NCBI GenBank assembly: GCA_964510585.1
Contig: CAZECW010000060.1
Span: 1 to 32,000, forward strand
DNA from: an uncultured archaeon
GTDB taxonomy: Archaea; Asgardarchaeota; Jordiarchaeia; Jordiarchaeales; Jordiarchaeaceae
Reading direction: 5' to 3'
Length of the DNA: 32,000 nucleotides
Below, in pieces: positions 1 through 7,928 of the stretch (positions are counted from its first letter, which is position 1; every line of letters starts with the position of its first letter). The position numbers were made by a program, and so were the translations under genes. The notes beneath the pieces are model-generated. The model saw only the letters and a program-made list of their open reading frames with translations, searched no databases and had not been told where the DNA came from.

Positions 1-62
1 ATGGTCAGTAAAACATAAATGGGTAGAATGAGAATAACAGTTTGGAGTGTTGCCTCTATCAT
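1..62 (-). CDS. Possible 5' end of a membrane protein running off the left edge (MIEATLQTVILILPIYVLLT...)
   Basis: Manual translation. ATG at 62-60 on the minus strand, a weak AGTGA RBS-like motif 4-5 nt upstream, and 20 mostly hydrophobic codons open to the window edge. Confidence 0.3.
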   Translation of the reverse strand, partial: MIEATLQTVILILPIYVLLT

Positions 63-102
63 TTTTATCACTATTATTACTTACGATGAAGCAACACTCC
101 AA
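42..102. repeat. Perfect 12-bp inverted repeat (TTGGAGTGTTGC ... GCAACACTCCAA), 37-nt spacer
   Basis: Arms at 42-53 and 91-102 are exact reverse complements. On the minus-strand RNA the stem extends about 6 bp further with one bulge. Confidence 0.75.
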
Positions 103-391
103 CCTTTCGGTTAAAATTGCACAAAAGACTTTTTACGCCCAAACAATTTTATGGCTAAAATTTTTAAAAATGAGTGTAAGTAGAAGGCCCACTTTTGAAA
201 AGGGAGTAGACTCCTAATTTTAAATATTTACATGAGGTACAAACTTTCCAAGTTAAAACTAACCAGAGAAATTAGGAAAAATTCACACGGCCAAATAACA
301 AAATATACACATCTCACCTCGCATTTGAATGTCTGAATCAAAAAAATTATAATTGTAAAAATGCTAGATATAAACAAACATAGAGAGGTAA

Positions 392-643
392 GTGCAGGTG
401 CAGGGAGCCAATTCCGACAGATTTATAATAACCGAGGTCAAGGTGATAGGTACTTGGGATTGGACTAGGAGTGCAAAGTGTATCGTGTGTAATTTAAAAG
501 TGAAAGAGGAAGAAAGGGTAGTTTATTGTCCTTTTTGCGGGCTCCCAGCACATCGCGACCATCTTTTGGAGTGGTTGAAGATAAAGGGCTTCTGCCCTAA
601 TTGTGGAAAACCACTAAACATTAGAGAAGTTAGAAAATGGTGA
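392..643 (+). CDS. Small RING-finger protein (putative E3 ligase) of the ubiquitin cluster
   Basis: Eight Zn ligands in the pattern C-x2-C-x12-C-x2-C-x4-H-x2-H-x10-C-x2-C with RING Trp (EWLK). GAGGT RBS before GTG 392/398. Lies 7 nt upstream of ubiquitin. Confidence 0.85.
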   Translation: MQVQGANSDRFIITEVKVIGTWDWTRSAKCIVCNLKVKEEERVVYCPFCGLPAHRDHLLEWLKIKGFCPNCGKPLNIREVRKW

Positions 644-650
644 GAACGTA

Positions 651-884
651 ATGATAGTGAAGATAGTTTCTGCAATTGGTGGCGAAGTTTTAGAGTTTGA
701 TGTAAGTGAAGACACCGAAATAGAGACTCTAAAGTCTCAGGTAGCTAAGAAAAAAAGAGTTCCCGCTTCCACTCTAATCTTAGTATATAGAGGGCAACAA
801 CTTGAAGATGGTACAACATTAGGGAAAGCCGGCGTCCAACCCTATGACAAACTATACCTAGTTACACGCACAGAGGGAGGGTAA
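651..884 (+). CDS. Eukaryote-like ubiquitin homologue, encoded with mature C-terminal diglycine
   Basis: 77 aa. LILVYRGQQLEDGTTL matches ubiquitin QRLIFAGKQLEDGRTL. Ends LVTRTEGG-stop. Confidence 0.93.
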   Translation: MIVKIVSAIGGEVLEFDVSEDTEIETLKSQVAKKKRVPASTLILVYRGQQLEDGTTLGKAGVQPYDKLYLVTRTEGG

Positions 885-900
885 CCCACAAAAAAGCCTC

Positions 901-912
901 AAAGTTTATAAA
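901..912 (+). promoter_or_regulatory. Candidate archaeal BRE/TATA element (AAAGTTTATAAA) between ubiquitin and E2
   Basis: Matches the purine-rich BRE + TTTATAAA consensus in a 170-nt AT-rich gap. Function inferred only. Confidence 0.4.
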
Positions 913-1057
913 GTCGCTACTTTTAACACACTAGACCGTGTTTGCATCTCCCAAATATATTTTTAAACTTACAATCCAAAATAGATACTGTATAAGTTAA
1001 CTCCTCCCTTGGGAGATAATATCTGCTTAAAAAGGCAAGTGTACCGGTGGGATCAAG

Positions 1058-1516
1058 ATACTATCAGATGAGGAATATGAGTCAAGACTAGTACAAGAAG
1101 CTAAAATAATGGAAGAAGAGGAACCATCCTTTCATCCAGTTGATGGCGACCTAAGAAGGTGGGCTGGATTTATTATAGGCACGGGAATATACGATGGAGG
1201 AGTATTTGAGATAGAGATAATACTTCCCAGAAAATTCCCCTACGAACCTCCAAAAGTAATTTGGAAAACGAACATTTGGCATCCCAACATATTTCAAAAA
1301 AATGTGTGTGTAAATATTCTTGGCAAGGACTGGCTACCCACTATGAGTATGGCAGGCGTTGTGGAGACTTTAAGGAATCTTCTTAATTATCCAAATCCTA
1401 ACTCTCCCCTCAATACGGAAGCAGCCAGACAAATGAATAGGAATCTAGAAGAATTCAGTAAGACCGCAAAAGAATACGTTAAAAAGTATGCTACTTGGGA
1501 CCGTCTCAAAAAGTAA
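1058..1516 (+). CDS. Ubiquitin-conjugating enzyme E2 (UBC fold); true start probably upstream of the tracked ATG 1109
   Basis: YDGGVFEIEIILPRKFPYEPPKV, WHPNI...VC (HPN motif and catalytic Cys), PNPNSPLN. The frame is open from 1031 and encodes helix 1 (ILSDEEYESRLVQEAKI) before ATG 1109. Start at ATA 1058 is inferred. Confidence 0.9.
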   Translation: MLSDEEYESRLVQEAKIMEEEEPSFHPVDGDLRRWAGFIIGTGIYDGGVFEIEIILPRKFPYEPPKVIWKTNIWHPNIFQKNVCVNILGKDWLPTMSMAGVVETLRNLLNYPNPNSPLNTEAARQMNRNLEEFSKTAKEYVKKYATWDRLKK

Positions 1517-1559
1517 TCCTTTTTTACCGCCGTACCTTACTTTTTGTGAGGAATCAACC

Positions 1560-2552
1560 TTGGAAAAAGTTGAAGGTAGGTATCATCGACAGGAAATACT
1601 TGAAGGGTGGGATCAGGGGAAAATACAGCAATCCACAGTACTCATAGCAGGAGTTGGCGCATTAGGTTCGATGGTCGCAGTTTTCCTATCATTAATGGGT
1701 ATAGGAAAATTAATACTGATAGATATGGATACAATTGAATTATCTAATCTCAATCGCCAGCTTTTATTTACTGAAAAAGATATTGGTGAATTTAAAGCCA
1801 GAATAGCCGCACAAAAACTTAGAGAGATTAATCCGAATATCCACATTGTAGATCTGAGTAAAAATTTGACCGAAGTCCCCCGTAAATACTTCGAGGAGAG
1901 TGACGTAATTGTAGACGGACTTGATACCTTCGAGGCTAGACGCTGGCTGAACTCATTATGTGTTGGTTTAAAAAAACCTCTAGTGCACGGGGGGATGTAT
2001 GGATGGTACGGCAACGTTCAGGTCATAATACCCTACAGGACCCCCTGCCTTGAATGTCAGCCTCTTCTCCCGCGTGAAAGATTCCAAAAATCGTGTACAC
2101 CCCCGGGAAGGAAGAGGGAAAATGTTGAACCTCCAAAGTTTCCCGGAGTTTCAACAATTAGCGCTGTCCTCAGTGGCATTCAAGCGCAAGAAACCATCAA
2201 AGTATTGCTGGATTTACCGACGCTAATTGACAATTACCTATTCTATGATGGATTAAGCCAAAGCTTCACCACAATCAAACTCGAAAGGAACCCTAAATGC
2301 ATCATCTGTAGTGACGAATACAGACTTGAAGGAATAGAATATGCAATTGACAAAAAAGAAACTATTCGAGAACTGAAAAACCGCCTTACAGCGACTCTAG
2401 GGTTAGTTGCTCCTATTAGGGTTATCCACAAAACAAGGTTTGTTGAAGACGATACAAAAATTGAAGATATGGACCTTGCCTCGGGAGATCTACTTTTCGT
2501 ATATGACAAATCTCTAGGAAAACCTCTGAAACTGAGAGCCAAAATATCATAG
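1560..2552 (+). CDS. Ubiquitin-activating enzyme E1 (ThiF/MoeB adenylation domain plus C-terminal ubiquitin-fold domain)
   Basis: RYHRQ, GVGALG, DMDTIELSNLNRQ, Zn pairs CLEC and CIIC, candidate catalytic Cys (QKSCT), and a ~75-aa beta-grasp-like tail. TTG 1560 follows a GTGAGG RBS and is preferred over ATG 1488, which overlaps E2. Confidence 0.9.
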   Translation: MEKVEGRYHRQEILEGWDQGKIQQSTVLIAGVGALGSMVAVFLSLMGIGKLILIDMDTIELSNLNRQLLFTEKDIGEFKARIAAQKLREINPNIHIVDLSKNLTEVPRKYFEESDVIVDGLDTFEARRWLNSLCVGLKKPLVHGGMYGWYGNVQVIIPYRTPCLECQPLLPRERFQKSCTPPGRKRENVEPPKFPGVSTISAVLSGIQAQETIKVLLDLPTLIDNYLFYDGLSQSFTTIKLERNPKCIICSDEYRLEGIEYAIDKKETIRELKNRLTATLGLVAPIRVIHKTRFVEDDTKIEDMDLASGDLLFVYDKSLGKPLKLRAKIS

Positions 2553-2678
2553 TTTTCGATTGAACCGAAAAACAAATCGTAACTTGAATTTATGGAGAAT
2601 AAAGATTGATCCTTATTTAAAGTTAAAACCTTGAAATGTTAAAAAAAGAGAAAAGTTAATTGGGATTTTAGGTTTTAT

Positions 2679-2831
2679 CTAAATTTTGATATGAACTTCA
2701 TCTGTTTGTTTCGCCTTTTTCTGGGCACACCGCACACACAAGTGTTCACAGTTGGTATCATCAACTGAGAGAATCAGCTGGTAGCTATAACCACACTCAG
2801 GACAGCGTACTGTCTTTAACTTGTAAGGCAA
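2679..2831 (-). CDS. Small Zn-ribbon (CPxCG-type) protein, 50 aa, absent from the ORF track
   Basis: Manual translation: MPYKLKTVRCPECGYSYQLILSVDDTNCEHLCVRCAQKKAKQTDEVHIKI*. GGAGGG RBS 6 nt before TTG 2831. Motifs CPECG and CxxC. Confidence 0.75.
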   Translation of the reverse strand: MPYKLKTVRCPECGYSYQLILSVDDTNCEHLCVRCAQKKAKQTDEVHIKI

Positions 2832-3093
2832 CGACAACCCTCCGAAGTGACTAGGACAATAAGACTGTAATTAATGGATATATAAAAATAGGTAATACAA
2901 AAGTAGATATACTTAACTCCTCCAAAACGTGGACGTGGAGATGGTTGCCGGTTCTTTGGCGCGTCTGACGCATTAATGTTAAATAGATATTTTCTTAAAA
3001 ATTATTTTAATATAATCATTTTTCATCTACATAATAAGTGTAGGTACGCTTATTAATATTTTTTGGAAATTAGTTTAGTTGGAGAGAAAAAGG

Positions 3094-4764
3094 ATGGTAA
3101 AATACATCTTTGTGACAGGCGGAGTTATGAGTGGAGTTGGAAAAGGGGTTACCACAGCCTCTATTGGCAAACTGTTTCAATTCAGAGGTTACGATGTAGA
3201 GGCCATTAAGATCGACCCCTACCTCAATGTTGACCCCGGAACTCTTAACCCCATTGAACATGGTGAAGTTTACATCACTGAGGAGGTTTGGGAGTTTAAA
3301 CCAGTAGAGGGATTCAGCCTAAAAATATCAGAAATAGATCAGGATTTTGGGAGTTATGAACGCTTTCTTGGAAAAAACATGTCTCCTGAACAGAATATCA
3401 CTTCAGGACAGGTTTATTTATCAGTCATACTCAAGGAGAGGGAGGGAGAGTTTTTGGGGCACACCACCCAGATTATACCTCACATAACAGACGAAATAAA
3501 GAAAAGGATAAGGCAAGTAAGCTTGAGAAAAAAGCCAGACATCCTAATTACTGAAGTGGGTGGGACTGTTGGTGACATTGAGGCCATGCCTTTTCTGGAA
3601 GCAATACGCCAATTTAGGTTAGAGGAAAAGAAGGAGGATACCATCCTAATTCATGTTACTTATGTTCCCTATCTGGATACCGTCCAGCAACAGAAATCAA
3701 AACCCTCACAACACAGCGTTAGAACACTTCAGGGAATGGGTCTACAGCCTGACGTTTTAGTTGCTAGAGCAAAAAAACCGCTCACAAAGGACGTTTTACA
3801 GAAACTTAGCCTCTTTTCGAATCTGCCTCCTGAAGCTGTGATCTCAAACCCGGATATAGATGTCATTTATGAGTTGCCACTATTCTTTGAACAACAAAAG
3901 CTTGGTGATTACCTGTGTAAAATCTCGAATTTACCAATTAAAAAGCCTCAATTAGACGAATGGCGCAACATTGTAAACCTTTATAAAAACGCTAAAGAAG
4001 TTGTTCGCATCGCCGTTCCGGGAAAGTATACCCAAATAGTAGACAGCTATATTAGTATTCAGGAAGCGTTAAGACATGCTTCCGCATGTAGTGGAGCCAA
4101 ACTCGAGCTACAATGGATTGACACTGAACCAATAGAAAATGATCCCAAGGCGGTAGAAATTCTGGGAAAATTTGACGGTATTCTCCTCACGCCCGGATTC
4201 GGCTCTAGAGGAACTGAAGGCATGATTCTAGCAGCAGAATACGCAATTAGGGAAGGAATGCCCTACCTAGGAATTTGTTTCGGTTGCCAGCTTCTTTTTG
4301 TAGCCTTCTGTAGAAGTGTATTGGGACTAGAGGGAGCAAATAGCACTGAAATTGACCCTAATACACCCTACCCTGTTGTCGATTTACTTCCTGAACAGAG
4401 GGCAATTAAAACAAAGGGTGGAACAATGAGGCTAGGCGGCCACAAAGTTATTTTGGTGGAAAATACAAGGCTGAAAGAAGCGTATAATAAAACTGAGGTT
4501 ATTGAAAGGTTCAGACACAGATACCACATTATGCCACAGTATGCCGACATGGCTAAAGATGCGGGGCTAATAGTATCAGCCACAGACGAAACTGGAAAAA
4601 TAATTAATGCAATTGAGTTAAATAAAGATTTTCTGATTATGGGCGTCCAGTTTCACCCTGAATTCAAAAGCAGACCGAATCTTCCAAGTCCAGTTTACCT
4701 TGCCTTCATAAAAGAGGCTTTAAGGTACCAAAAACTCAAAAAATCAGGCACAAAGCGCTCTTAA
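3094..4764 (+). CDS. pyrG: CTP synthase
   Basis: KYIFVTGGVMSGVGKG, DPYLNVDPGT, GGTVGDIE, and glutaminase triad motifs GICFG and QFHPE. ATG 3094 preferred over TTG 3079. Confidence 0.97.
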   Translation: MVKYIFVTGGVMSGVGKGVTTASIGKLFQFRGYDVEAIKIDPYLNVDPGTLNPIEHGEVYITEEVWEFKPVEGFSLKISEIDQDFGSYERFLGKNMSPEQNITSGQVYLSVILKEREGEFLGHTTQIIPHITDEIKKRIRQVSLRKKPDILITEVGGTVGDIEAMPFLEAIRQFRLEEKKEDTILIHVTYVPYLDTVQQQKSKPSQHSVRTLQGMGLQPDVLVARAKKPLTKDVLQKLSLFSNLPPEAVISNPDIDVIYELPLFFEQQKLGDYLCKISNLPIKKPQLDEWRNIVNLYKNAKEVVRIAVPGKYTQIVDSYISIQEALRHASACSGAKLELQWIDTEPIENDPKAVEILGKFDGILLTPGFGSRGTEGMILAAEYAIREGMPYLGICFGCQLLFVAFCRSVLGLEGANSTEIDPNTPYPVVDLLPEQRAIKTKGGTMRLGGHKVILVENTRLKEAYNKTEVIERFRHRYHIMPQYADMAKDAGLIVSATDETGKIINAIELNKDFLIMGVQFHPEFKSRPNLPSPVYLAFIKEALRYQKLKKSGTKRS

Positions 4765-4891
4765 CACTTTTTGAGAGAGGGCACCTTGGGACAAAGCTCC
4801 TCAGAAACGAATTGGAACTCAACTGGAAATAAGTCTATAACTTGAGAAAATAAGAAATTAGGACGAAAATATTAATCAATTTCCCCCAAAA

Positions 4892-5157
4892 ATGGGGAAT
4901 ATTAAAAATGTGGTTATCTGAGATACTTCTGCAGCGAAGGTTATGAAGGAAAGTGCTCTCAATATCTTGATGGTTTAACGCTAATCCATAAATATTGCTA
5001 TATATCTGATTTCTCTACTTGTAAAAATCCCACACCTTCTTTGGGGCTTTGGGAAACCTTTTTTAGAGTTCCAGTTAAAGTTTGCATACTCGGTGATTGG
5101 AGTGGACAAAGCATTAGAGGAGATTTTGATTACAGGGCTCCGCACCAAAATAGGTAA
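4892..5157 (+). pseudogene. Frame-disrupted Cys-rich small ORF directly upstream of the radical SAM gene
   Basis: 4906-5157 is an 83-codon open frame with 6 Cys and no early start codon. One extra A in the A5 run (4904-4908) would join it to ATG 4892. Confidence 0.3.
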
Positions 5158-6223
5158 AATAGAGTCCAATGGTCATAATTATGATAAAATACCAGTTGTT
5201 AGTTTAAAAATCACCAATGAGTGTAGCCTGAAATGTTTACATTGTAGCTCTGATTCGGGACTTCCACTCCATAATGAATTAACTTTAAGAGAAATCCAAA
5301 ATCTTATAGACGGGCTGGCGAAAATCGGAGTAAAAAGAATAACCCTATCTGGAGGGGAGCCAACCATTAGGAAAGACTTTTGGGAAATTTTACGTTACTT
5401 GAACGATGCCGGAATCCAAGTAAGCCTTTTTACCAATGGCATTCTTCTTGATAGAAACTTTGTGAAAAGGTTAAGCGATTTTGGTGTAAGTGGAGTAAGA
5501 ATTAGTATTGATGGAGGAGTGGCTAAGACCCACGACGAAATACGCGGCGTTAAGGGATCATTCTCCAAAGCAATGAAGGCAGTGAAACTCTGCCAGGAAT
5601 CCGAATTAATGGTTCTAATAGTTAGTGTAATCATGAAAAAAAACATCTCGGAAATAAGAAAAATTATTCAACTAGCAGAAAAAAACCGGGTGCCAGCCTA
5701 CTTCAGAAGATTCCACCCAGTAGGAAGAGGACTCAAAAATATAGATTTAATGCCCTCCACCGAAGAGTTGAAATCCGCCACCTCCATAATTACAGAATAC
5801 TACGGCGAAGAATTGATAAGAGAAATGATAAAATATTTGAAACTTGTGGGCGGCTGGTGCTATATTGGGGATAGGATGTGCATTGAACCTGATGGGAACG
5901 TCGCACTTTGTCCCAGCCTGCCCCTAATTATGGGGAATATAAGAGAGAGTAGCATAAATGAGGTGTGGAACAGGATAAAGAATTCGGAATTGTGTGATAT
6001 GATTCGTAAAAGAAATATAGCGGGAAAATGTGGTAGCTGCCCCCACATTAAAATATGTGGAGGGGGGTGCCGGGCAGATGCCTATGGGCTAACAGGAGAC
6101 ATATTATCAGAGGATCCCTTATGCTGGAATCATCCTAGTGAGGCTTCTATCCCGATTCTGAACGCCTTAATTATGGCTTCTGCAGCCTTTTACGAAGCCT
6201 CCTATATAGACCTGAAAAGGTAA
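5102..6223 (+). CDS. Radical SAM protein with SPASM domain (PqqE/NirJ/AhbC-D-like)
   Basis: CSLKCLHC (CX3CX2C), SGGEP, SIDGG, SPASM cysteines GWC...ALCP...CGSCPHIKICGGGCRA...DPLC. GGTGA RBS 5 nt before GTG 5102. Confidence 0.9.
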   Translation: MDKALEEILITGLRTKIGKIESNGHNYDKIPVVSLKITNECSLKCLHCSSDSGLPLHNELTLREIQNLIDGLAKIGVKRITLSGGEPTIRKDFWEILRYLNDAGIQVSLFTNGILLDRNFVKRLSDFGVSGVRISIDGGVAKTHDEIRGVKGSFSKAMKAVKLCQESELMVLIVSVIMKKNISEIRKIIQLAEKNRVPAYFRRFHPVGRGLKNIDLMPSTEELKSATSIITEYYGEELIREMIKYLKLVGGWCYIGDRMCIEPDGNVALCPSLPLIMGNIRESSINEVWNRIKNSELCDMIRKRNIAGKCGSCPHIKICGGGCRADAYGLTGDILSEDPLCWNHPSEASIPILNALIMASAAFYEASYIDLKR

Positions 6224-6228
6224 GGGGA

Positions 6229-7557
6229 TTAGTGCAGTTCTACGTACTCGTAGGCCTCTAGCTTTGATTCAAAACAGTAATGTACTTTTTGGAAATCTTT
6301 TCTAAATTCTGCCACTTCCAAACTGATTTTCTTAGGATCCTCCTTATCTATAACAACTCTTTTAATAAAATCAGCCACAACTTGCATTTCACTTTCCTTC
6401 ATTCCCAGCCTTGTAATTTCACTGGTTCCCAACCGAATACCTCCTGGGTTGAGATAATTTCTCCCTTCACTGATATCCCAGGGTAGCAGGTTTCTATTTA
6501 GTATTATGCCCGCCTTCTCAAGCCGTTCTTCTATGTCCCGTCCAAGTCCAATCTTATTTTTAAAGTTTGTAATGTCCACCAGTAGGGTATGAGACTCAGT
6601 AAAACCCTTAGCTTCCCCTAATACTTTGAAGCCTCTTTCATACAGGGCTTGTCCCAAAGCTTTAGAATTCTTGATTATTTGTCCAGCATACTCTTTACCA
6701 AACTTTTTAAATTCTGCCAATGCTATAGCTAATCCTGCAACATTATGTAAATGGTGGTTACTGGTCAGCCCAGGAAAGGTCGCTTGTTTTATTCTTTCTC
6801 CTAGCTCCTTTTTAGCAAGAACCATGCCGTGCTGTGGTCCGGGTAAAGTTTTATGGGTGCTCATCTGCACTGTATCAGCACCTTCTCTCAGGGGGTCTTG
6901 GAAGTATCCCCCGGCTATTAGCCCCGCCACATGAGCTGCATCATAAGCAACCTTCGCTCCAACCTCCCTTCCAACCTCACCCAGCTCTTTAACAGGGTGG
7001 GGGAACAAGAAAACCGAGGCGCCAAATAGTAGAAGTTTTGGCTTCACTTCACGTATTCTCTTCGCTGACTCATCAATATCCAAGTTCAGCTCTTTTCTGT
7101 CGAAAACAAAATATTCGACATTCAAACCATGAACCGCACCAGCCGTGCCACCCAAGAAACTACCAGATTTTGTGTATTCTGGGCCGTGGCTGATGTGACC
7201 TCCTGAGGGGATGGGCATAGCCATCATTGTGTCACCAGGCTTCGTTAGCGCGGTGTATGCTATTAGGTTGGCAACAACACCGGAGGTGGCCCTCACATCT
7301 GCAAAATCCGCTTTAAAAAGATCCTTCGCTAAGTCTATGCATATTAGTTCAACTTCGTCTATAAATTTGCAGCCTGCGTAGACTCTTTCTCCTGGCCATC
7401 CCTCAGCGTATCGGTGACCAAAATCGCTGATAATTGCTTCTCGAACAGCGGGGCTTACAATGTTTTCGCTTGCAATTAGGGGTAAGCATCTTTTAAACCA
7501 TTCGTGATGTGCCTTCATGGCGTTTCTTACAGCTTTGAAAGACTCTTCTGGATCCAA
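6229..7557 (-). CDS. glyA: Serine hydroxymethyltransferase, archaeal type
   Basis: LIASEN, YAEG, RVYAGC, YDAAHVAGLIAGG, STHKTLPGPQ (PLP lysine), GIRLGT. Confidence 0.96.
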   Translation of the reverse strand: MDPEESFKAVRNAMKAHHEWFKRCLPLIASENIVSPAVREAIISDFGHRYAEGWPGERVYAGCKFIDEVELICIDLAKDLFKADFADVRATSGVVANLIAYTALTKPGDTMMAMPIPSGGHISHGPEYTKSGSFLGGTAGAVHGLNVEYFVFDRKELNLDIDESAKRIREVKPKLLLFGASVFLFPHPVKELGEVGREVGAKVAYDAAHVAGLIAGGYFQDPLREGADTVQMSTHKTLPGPQHGMVLAKKELGERIKQATFPGLTSNHHLHNVAGLAIALAEFKKFGKEYAGQIIKNSKALGQALYERGFKVLGEAKGFTESHTLLVDITNFKNKIGLGRDIEERLEKAGIILNRNLLPWDISEGRNYLNPGGIRLGTSEITRLGMKESEMQVVADFIKRVVIDKEDPKKISLEVAEFRKDFQKVHYCFESKLEAYEYVELH

Positions 7558-7928
7558 AAAATCATCCTCTTCAGAGTTAATGAAGATAATTCTTTTTTAG
7601 AACAATCTTTGTCCAGATTATTATAAAGTAATGTGTTTGATTGAGAAAATTAAGTGTATTCTCTTTTAAACTTACTCTTTAAACAGCGCACTACGGATTT
7701 ACTCCTTTCTAGAACCGAAACGTATTAGTTTATTAATAAGATATTCTGGAAAACAAAAAGAAATATTTTAAAGATAATCAAGTTACAAGTTTAACTAGCT
7801 CAAAAAAGTAATGAGTAACGATAAATATCTTCAAAATAGTGTATTGGAGAAGGAAGTGGCGCCACACTTGGAGTTTTAAGCTCTTGAAGTGGCAATGTTT
7901 CTCTACGAGAAATTGGGGGTTGGAGAAG

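Noticed and set aside
946-1017. 9-bp inverted repeat ATCTCCCAA / TTGGGAGAT between ubiquitin and E2
   Set aside because: Short arms with a 54-nt spacer and no further pairing; compatible with chance.
1488-1559. Track-predicted N-terminal extension of E1 from ATG 1488
   Set aside because: Overlaps the E2 3' end, looks non-conserved, and a good RBS precedes TTG 1560.
7839-7928. Trp/Arg-rich N-terminal extension of the GPN GTPase
   Set aside because: Atypical composition. The P-loop strand starts right after ATG 7929, which has its own G-rich RBS.
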